A stretch of 64,000 bases of DNA from Candidatus Omnitrophota bacterium (GTDB lineage: Bacteria; Ratteibacteria; UBA8468; MWAK01), in contig JBDRQI010000001.1 of assembly GCA_043826355.1 (NCBI GenBank), positions 69,993 through 133,992 on the forward strand, read 5' to 3'. This document shows, in pieces, positions 57,631 to 64,000 of the stretch. How positions within the stretch are numbered: position 1 is the stretch's first letter; each line of letters begins with the position of its first letter. The notes below the pieces were generated by a model, which was not told where the DNA came from, did not search any database, and saw nothing but the letters and a program-made list of their open reading frames with translations. The position numbers were made by a program, and so were the translations under genes.

Positions 57631-58517
57631 GTCCACTTCAAGTTCAATCTGGGCATGCTTTTGAGTATGGTATTGCGTGTGCTTTTAACCGGATTTTCGG
57701 TTCCACATTGGTTGAAGATAAGATTATAACCCGCGCAAAAAATGCCTTTCAAAATTGCGATGAGAAAGAGCAAGAAAAAATCTTCCGGGCTTCTGATGAA
57801 ATTGCGGCATTCTTAATCGCTCATGACAACAATTTAAGACCACACGAAGGATACGAGATTTATTTGCAGTCAGATATGCGTGGTGGTGCAGGCGATGTCC
57901 GTGATGCGGTTATTAAATACAACGAAAAAGAAGTCGGTATATCAGCAAAAAACAGGCATTCCGCAGTTAAACATTCCAGGGTATCAGAAAAAATTGATTT
58001 TGGGTATAAATGGTTCGGCATTCGTTGCGACCCTTCATACTTTCACCAGATAGTGCCGATATTCAGAGAATTACGCACCCTGCATAGACGAGGGGCTTAT
58101 TGGCGTGATTTAGAAAACAAATCAAACAGGTTTTATATCCCGGTGTTACATGCTTTCAGAGAAGAAGCCGTCCGGTTATGCAATAACCCCGAAGCCCCGA
58201 AGAAGATGGTGGAGTATCTCATGGGTAAACACGATTTTTACAAAGTGATTAAGGAAAACGGAGACGTATCAATTCAGTCGTTTAATATGCACGGAACGCT
58301 TGGATGGGGAAAACACATAAAACTACCAACACGATTGATTGAGGCAAGAGAAAAGGATAGTTCGGATAATACTTTAATCTTTGTTTTTGACGAAGGTTGG
58401 CAATTGTCCTTCCGTATTCATAACGCTGAAAGTAGGGTTACTCCTTCCTTGAAATTTGATGTCCAGATAATAGGACTTCCTAATGCAAGCCAGCACCAAA
58501 TTCATTATGCTGGCTAA
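57627..58517 (+). CDS. HaeIII-family type II restriction endonuclease
   Basis: G.AFEY, GDVRD...GISAK.RH.AVKHSR, DFG..W, DFYKVI, SFRIHNA...SLKFD; ATGA overlap with the MTase. Confidence 0.85.
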   Translation: MSPLQVQSGHAFEYGIACAFNRIFGSTLVEDKIITRAKNAFQNCDEKEQEKIFRASDEIAAFLIAHDNNLRPHEGYEIYLQSDMRGGAGDVRDAVIKYNEKEVGISAKNRHSAVKHSRVSEKIDFGYKWFGIRCDPSYFHQIVPIFRELRTLHRRGAYWRDLENKSNRFYIPVLHAFREEAVRLCNNPEAPKKMVEYLMGKHDFYKVIKENGDVSIQSFNMHGTLGWGKHIKLPTRLIEAREKDSSDNTLIFVFDEGWQLSFRIHNAESRVTPSLKFDVQIIGLPNASQHQIHYAG

Positions 58518-58722
58518 TTATGTATATAATTCCCTTATTTTAAGTCGTTTTCTCTGCAAAGACAAGAAACCTTTTACCCTACCATCCAGTCGCAATTAGT
58601 TTGGTTTTAATAGGTAGGTTGACCCCGGAGCGCAGGAAGAAGTAAAATCTGGAAGGCAGGAATATTACCCAAAGGACAACAGCTCTTTTCATTGAATTAT
58701 AAAGACGTATCAGGAGGACACA

Positions 58723-59142
58723 ATGGCAATTCGAAACTCATCTGCCCGATGGGATGGTTCGTTGAAGGACGGCGCCGGTACGATGAAATTAGGCAGCGGC
58801 GCTTATGAAGGACCGTTTACCTTTGCTTCGCGCTTTGAGACCGGACCGGGGACCAACCCGGAAGAATTACTCGGCGCGGCGCACGCGGGCTGTTTTTCAA
58901 TGTTCCTTTCCGCGCTGCTCACCACCGCGGGTTTTACGCCCCGGCGCATCTATACAACCGCCGCTGTTCATCTGGATGCCGGTCCTAAAATCACCTTGAT
59001 TGAACTGAACACAGAAGCCGATGTGCCTGGTCTGAGCGAAGAATCTTTCATGGAGCATGCGGAAGCCGCGAAGAAAGATTGTCCTGTTTCCAAAGCGCTT
59101 ACCGGACCGGAGATAAAACTAAAGGCGAAGCTTGTGAAATAA
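58723..59142 (+). CDS. osmC: OsmC peroxiredoxin
   Basis: SRFE, TNPEELLGAAHAGCF, CPVSKAL. Confidence 0.94.
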   Translation: MAIRNSSARWDGSLKDGAGTMKLGSGAYEGPFTFASRFETGPGTNPEELLGAAHAGCFSMFLSALLTTAGFTPRRIYTTAAVHLDAGPKITLIELNTEADVPGLSEESFMEHAEAAKKDCPVSKALTGPEIKLKAKLVK

Positions 59143-59521
59143 TTGTTTGCAGAAACACCCCATGGTCAATAGTTTTTTGACTTTCCTGCCGAAAACTTTA
59201 TCACCCCCGGTTGAAATCTGGTATGGTGTAGGTTTACCTTGTCACCCCGGGTTCTATTTAATCTGGTCCCTTCTGTCAGCGCAAGAAATCTTTCGCTCTA
59301 CCGTCCAGTCGCAATTATTGACAGGAAATATTCGGAGTGATTTAATATAAGCCGGCAGCGAAAACAACCGCAGTTGTCGGAACTACTTTAACTACGTCTT
59401 AAGAACCGTTACTTTTTGTCCGGTCCAAAGGGAAAACGGGAAAACCCCGGGGCGCCAGGCGAAAATATTTCTTTTTGATAGACAAATGGATTCCAATTGA
59501 TAAAAGAGGAGGTGGTAACTT

Positions 59522-59680
59522 ATGGTGAAAAAAACAAAGAAGACAGCAAAGAAATCTATGAAAAAGGGTGATAAATACGTGTGCGGAGTCTGCGGAATGG
59601 CGGTAACCGTAGATACAGCGTGCGGCTGTGTTGACACTTGCGATATAACCTGCTGCGGCAAAGGAATGAAGAAGAAGTAA
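59522..59680 (+). CDS. Small Lys/Cys-rich desulforedoxin-like protein (52 aa), not in the ORF track
   Basis: AGGAGGT SD; ...KKGDKYVCGVCGMAVTVDTACGCVDTCDITCCGKGMKKK; downstream hairpin at 59696-59732. Confidence 0.8.
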   Translation: MVKKTKKTAKKSMKKGDKYVCGVCGMAVTVDTACGCVDTCDITCCGKGMKKK

Positions 59681-59888
59681 CACTCATTCTACTACGGGCG
59701 GGTACAATATTCTATTTTAATTGTACCCGCCCTGGGAATAAGTCTCAAGCCCTGAAAGAACTTGCCGGAAGGTATCCCGGTTTATAAGGAAATATCCGCT
59801 TCAGGTTCAACGCTCTTGCGGATTTCAAATCCCGGAAAAGGTTTTTGAAAAACGCTTCTTTAAACAACAAATGGCGGGGGGGTACAAA

Positions 59889-60116
59889 ATGATTACCAAA
59901 ATCGGTCTTGTGGCCGGTGATATCTGGCAGTATCTTGACAAAAAACCAGAGGGCGTTTCTTTTAAGGAACTCTGTCGGGAAATTGACGAGCCCTGCGATT
60001 ATATCTTGATGAGCCTGGGCTGGCTGGCCCGGGAAGGTCACGTGGTTATGCAGGAAGCCAAAGCACCCCTCGGCGGTTCCCGCGATTACAAGGTAATTTT
60101 GCGAAAGAAAGAATAG
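59889..60116 (+). CDS. Small winged-helix protein (DUF2582-like)
   Basis: IGLVAGDIWQYL...MSLGWLAREG. Confidence 0.85.
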   Translation: MITKIGLVAGDIWQYLDKKPEGVSFKELCREIDEPCDYILMSLGWLAREGHVVMQEAKAPLGGSRDYKVILRKKE

Positions 60117-60144
60117 ACTTTTGAAGTAAAGAAGGAGGTAAAAA

Positions 60145-60570
60145 ATGGCAAGTGTTACAAAAGAAAGATTGGTAGAGTTGTTAAATAAGGACCTCGGTTT
60201 GGAATATACGGCCTGTGTCCAATATACCCAGCACCAGGGAGTATTAAAGGGCGCGATGTACCAGAGCATCCAGAAAGAGTTGATTATACACGCTCAGGAG
60301 GAACTGGCCCACGCAACCATCCTGGCCAACCAGATAGATTATCTGGGTGGGTTCCCCACCGTTGATATGCCGGTTCCAAAGGTTTCAAAGGACAACATAG
60401 AAATGCTGAAGGAAGATTTGGACGGGGAAAATGATGCCATCCGAAGGTATATTGCCAGGGTGAAACAGGCCGAAGAACTTAATCTGTATCATCTTGCCCA
60501 GCAGTTGAGAACTATCCTGGCCGTTGAACAGGAACACGCCATGGACCTGGAACAGGCTCTTGGTAAATAG
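60145..60570 (+). CDS. Bacterioferritin-like / ferritin-family protein
   Basis: LEY...QY, EELAHA, E...Y, EQEH diiron pattern. Confidence 0.88.
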   Translation: MASVTKERLVELLNKDLGLEYTACVQYTQHQGVLKGAMYQSIQKELIIHAQEELAHATILANQIDYLGGFPTVDMPVPKVSKDNIEMLKEDLDGENDAIRRYIARVKQAEELNLYHLAQQLRTILAVEQEHAMDLEQALGK

Positions 60571-60618
60571 AAAGCGGATTGCGGCGGTAAAACAAACTTC
60601 TTCTTGAGTTAATTTACC

Positions 60619-61720
60619 TTAAATTCCACGAAGTTGAGAGGAAAGAATATTCGCGGAAAAAGCGATAAGCTCTTTTTTTATATTCATCCTTCATGTCAAT
60701 ATCGGCCGCTATCTCTTTCGCCCTCCGGAAAAGACGTCCAATCTTTTTTTCGGCATAAACACAAACGCCGCTGGATTTTACGGAAAATGCCAGAATGCCC
60801 CGCCCTGTGGACGGGGTTCTTCGCCATTTTTCTTAATTTTTTCAAGTCATCAAATCCGTTTTTTTCCTGATCAAAGATGCTTCTCAATTCTTTTTTAACG
60901 TCTGCAGGGGAATGCCGGTAGGCATACCATACCGGGATAGTCAGTTTGCCTCCTGGACTTCGATAAAGGGGTCGCGCCGCCCAACTCTTTCCGCGTCAAG
61001 GATATCCAGCAAGTCGTCTTTGATTTGAAACGCGATTCCGGCATTTTTTCCGAAGCGAAGGAGTCTGCCGGTTTCTTTTTCATCGGCTCCGGCAAGGATT
61101 GCGCCGGTCACCAGGGGGATGGCAAAGGTATAATCCGCGGTCTTAAGTTCGTATATTTTGCAGATTTCTGTTTTTTTCATCCGCTCCAGTCCGGTGGTCC
61201 CGCACAAGATCTCCATAAATTCACCGCTTCCGGTCGAGACCGCAGAGCGGATAAGTCTTTTAAAAGCCTTTTCTTTTCGGTCCCAGCACTCGTTTATCGT
61301 CAGGAATGCGGATAGAGCGAGTGCATACATGACGTCGCCGGAGGCCGGCGCCATATCCTTTACGTTGAATTTTATCCGGCGCCGCTTTTTTAAGTATTCC
61401 GTTAAATAGGCATACATTGAGGGTTTGCCCCTTTGGAAGAGAGACTTGTCAATTATATCGTCGTGCACCAGGGTGAAATTATGGAGCAGTTCTATGGATA
61501 GAGCACAATGATAGAGATTTTCGGCTGCTCGGTCGGCAAACCCTAAATAACCGGGCAAGAAGAGGATGGGCCGTATCCTTTTACCTTTTCGGAGGGTAAA
61601 TTCCCTTATAATGCGGAAAAGAAACGGAGAGGTCTTACTCAGGAAATGTTCTCTATCCAGCTCATCCATAAATACCAAAAGTTCCGTCTCTATCCGGTCT
61701 TTTATCGCTTCAATTATCAT
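60619..61720 (-). pseudogene. Polyprenyl diphosphate synthase pseudogene
   Basis: GKRIRP, HDDIID, KTA, FQIKDD; frameshift near 60945 and palindrome insertion at about 60790-60825; C-terminal frame ends at 60619. Confidence 0.75.
60791..60824. repeat. GC-rich palindromic element, copy 2
   Basis: CAGAATGCCCCGCCCTGTGGACGGGGTTCTTCGC, inverted match to 19940-19972. Confidence 0.7.
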
Positions 61721-61853
61721 TGCTGATAATTTAACACATATGCGTATAACCGTAAAATCCCCTCTTTGATTTCCGGGGAAGATATCTTTCCAAATTTAAA
61801 CCGGCGTGCTATACTCTTCGGAAAGAGTAATCAACCTGAAAATAGAGAGTGCC

Positions 61854-62753
61854 ATGTCTAAAGGACTATCCGCCATATTAAGAGCGTCGAGAGCGCCTTT
61901 TCTGGTTGTCTTCATCCTTCCCTTCGTTTGCGGCTCCCTGCTTGAAAAGGGTTTTTTCCGTTGGCCTCGGTTCTGGCTGGGAATGGGAGCCGTTATATTT
62001 TCCACCGCCGGCGCGAACATGCTCAATGAATATGCGGACTCAAAGTCACGGGCCGATTGGCAGGATACCAGACGTTATCAATTTTTCGGAGGGTCAAAAC
62101 TTATCCAGGAAGGTATCCGCTCGGAAGGCTTCGTCCTCTCCGGCGCGTTAGTTTGTTTTATCTTAGCCACCCTGCTGGTCTTCGGCTTAACGCTGATGTT
62201 GAAAAACACCAGGACTCTGCTTTATTACGCCGTCGTCATCTTTTTCGCTTACACCCACTCCGGTGCGCCCTTCAGGTTTTCATACCGGCGGTTAGGAGAA
62301 GTGTTGATATTTCTTCTCTGCGGACCGGCCCTTTTCATGGGCGCGCATTTCATCCAAACCGGGATTTTTCCTTCGGTCAGAAGTTTTTTCCTGTCTCTGC
62401 CGTTTGGCCTCCTGACCACTGCGGTGCTTTTTGCCAACGAGGTCCCTGATTTCTCTGAGGATGCGCGAGTTTCCAAATACAACTGGGTGAGCATCTCCGG
62501 TCCGGCAAAGGCATACCTGCTCTATGAGTTTATTATTATCCTGGCTTTTACGGCGATAGCAATCAATGTTGCCCTGGAATATCTGAACCCCTTTTCACTC
62601 TTCGCGTTGCCTTGCCTTTTCGTATCCTTTGCGGCCGCCCGCATTCTGAAAAAAAATTTCCGGGATAAGAATGCATTGGCCGTTTCTTCTCTATTGACGA
62701 TTATAGTACATCACGTTACCGGCCTCATCCTAATCCTCAGTTTTATTTTATGA
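61854..62753 (+). CDS. MenA/UbiA-family prenyltransferase
   Basis: RAPFL, NEYAD..S.AD, GGS, LGE, NEVPD..ED; multi-TM. Confidence 0.88.
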   Translation: MSKGLSAILRASRAPFLVVFILPFVCGSLLEKGFFRWPRFWLGMGAVIFSTAGANMLNEYADSKSRADWQDTRRYQFFGGSKLIQEGIRSEGFVLSGALVCFILATLLVFGLTLMLKNTRTLLYYAVVIFFAYTHSGAPFRFSYRRLGEVLIFLLCGPALFMGAHFIQTGIFPSVRSFFLSLPFGLLTTAVLFANEVPDFSEDARVSKYNWVSISGPAKAYLLYEFIIILAFTAIAINVALEYLNPFSLFALPCLFVSFAAARILKKNFRDKNALAVSSLLTIIVHHVTGLILILSFIL

Positions 62754-63916
62754 ATAAAAAACTGGTGATTGTCGGAGGAGGTTTTGCCGGTATTTCGGCG
62801 GTACAGGTTTTTTCCCGATTCAGGCGATGTGCCGAATGCATGCTTATCGACCGGAAGGATTATTTTGAATTTCTGCCGCTTCTTCCGGATGTAATCGGCG
62901 GAAAGATACGCTCTGAGTTTCTGCGTGTTTCACTGCCGGGTCTGGGCCGGAAACTCGGATTCGATTTCAGAAAGGAGGTGGTGGAAAAGGTTGCTTTGCC
63001 GCAAAAAAAGATTTTCACGAAGAACGGACCCGTGGACTATGATTATCTGCTGGTATCCTGCGGTTCGGAAACGAATTTTTACGATAATGATGCGGTCGGA
63101 GCCGGCGCCTGTAAGTTGGACAGCGTGGAAGATGCGGAAAGAATCGCCGGTAAGGTAGACCTCGACCTGTACGAAACATACTTTATTTCCGGAGGAGGTT
63201 ACACCGGAATAGAGGTTGCGGCAAACCTTAGGATGCGTCTTAAAAAGATTGAAAAGAGAAGGAGGATTATCATAGTTGAAGGGAGCCCTCTCCTTCTCGG
63301 TCCGCTGCCCGGATGGATGAGGGGGTACGCTGCCGCGTTTTTAAAAAGGATGGAGATAGAAATTTTGGTTAATACGCGGGTGGCCGGTGTTGAAAAGGAC
63401 GAAGTCTTCTTATCAACGGGCGAGCGGGTGTCGAGGTCTATGCTCATCTGGACTGCCGGCGTAAAAACCCCGGATTTCCTCCAAAGACTGGACAAAAGAA
63501 AGACCGCCCAGGGCAGGATAGTGGTGGACGAACACCTCAAGGTAGACCGGTTCTGTTTTCTGGCCGGTGACGCAGCGAGTTTTGATTACGCCGGCAAACC
63601 GTTGAGGATGTCGGTCCAGTTTGCCTTTACCGAAGGAAGACACGCCGCGTCCAGCATAATCAGGGAGATTGAGGGAAAGGAACCGATGAGATACCGGCCT
63701 TTCGACCCGGGCTACATATTACCCATGGCTGAGGGAGGATGCGGAAAGGCGCTCGGAGCGAACGTAAGAGGACGTTTCGCGCTCGCGCTCCATTATCTTA
63801 TGTCTATCTACCGTTCTTACGGAATGAAAAACAGGGCTGGAATTTCAGGTGACTTGTTGAAAGAACATCCTATAAAGGTCAAGTTGTCAAAGAACGGCAG
63901 AAAAACAGATCCTTGA
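62750..63916 (+). CDS. Type II NADH dehydrogenase-like flavoprotein
   Basis: GGGFAG, GGGYTGIEVA, WTAG, AGD. Confidence 0.85.
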   Translation: MNKKLVIVGGGFAGISAVQVFSRFRRCAECMLIDRKDYFEFLPLLPDVIGGKIRSEFLRVSLPGLGRKLGFDFRKEVVEKVALPQKKIFTKNGPVDYDYLLVSCGSETNFYDNDAVGAGACKLDSVEDAERIAGKVDLDLYETYFISGGGYTGIEVAANLRMRLKKIEKRRRIIIVEGSPLLLGPLPGWMRGYAAAFLKRMEIEILVNTRVAGVEKDEVFLSTGERVSRSMLIWTAGVKTPDFLQRLDKRKTAQGRIVVDEHLKVDRFCFLAGDAASFDYAGKPLRMSVQFAFTEGRHAASSIIREIEGKEPMRYRPFDPGYILPMAEGGCGKALGANVRGRFALALHYLMSIYRSYGMKNRAGISGDLLKEHPIKVKLSKNGRKTDP

Positions 63917-64000
63917 AAATCCGGTAACTTACAAAGAAACAGGAATCGCCTGGTGGAAGTGACGCAGAGCGGTCGGCGCCACAAAGACCCGCTCCGGCCG

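Larger units (their letters stand above)
54369..58534. mobile_element. IS1595-family transporter element with four passenger genes (4166 bp)
   Basis: Perfect 24-bp TIRs GGGAATTATATACATAATTAGCCA (54369-54392, 58511-58534); 8-bp DR TTATTTTA (54361-54368, 58535-58542); visibly AT-richer than flanks. Confidence 0.95.

Noticed and set aside
59350..59470. Leader of the Cys-rich gene as a metal riboswitch
   Set aside because: No NiCo/czcD or yybP consensus recognised.

Overview
Bacterial chromosomal window, moderately GC-rich and with little operon order, probably from an anaerobe (hcp, class III RNR glycyl-radical domain, Thi4); the taxon cannot be fixed from sequence alone. It carries housekeeping and envelope genes (pilT-like, vanX-like, FKBP, ftsZ, a 2932-aa cyclic beta-1,2-glucan synthase, dinB, radC), a copper-resistance cluster, a TetR-regulated RND pump, sulfur/thiamine genes with a TPP riboswitch, a stress/iron cluster and a quinone module. 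Main observations: (1) a complete 4166-bp IS1595-family cargo element (54369-58534) with perfect 24-bp terminal inverted repeats and an 8-bp target duplication, carrying a GIY-YIG nuclease, an unknown protein, an amino-methyltransferase and a HaeIII-family endonuclease; (2) an unannotated Met/Cys leader-peptide attenuator (MVMCCCM) with mutually exclusive terminator and antiterminator ahead of a collapsed cysK/cystathionine-lyase locus; (3) a structured leader of unknown class before metY; (4) a stand-alone NrdD glycyl-radical domain; (5) an in-frame TAG splitting a YHS-CuA cupredoxin, plus several other gene-decay scars. No CRISPR array, rRNA or complete tRNA was seen. Family assignments rest on motif recognition, not database searches.
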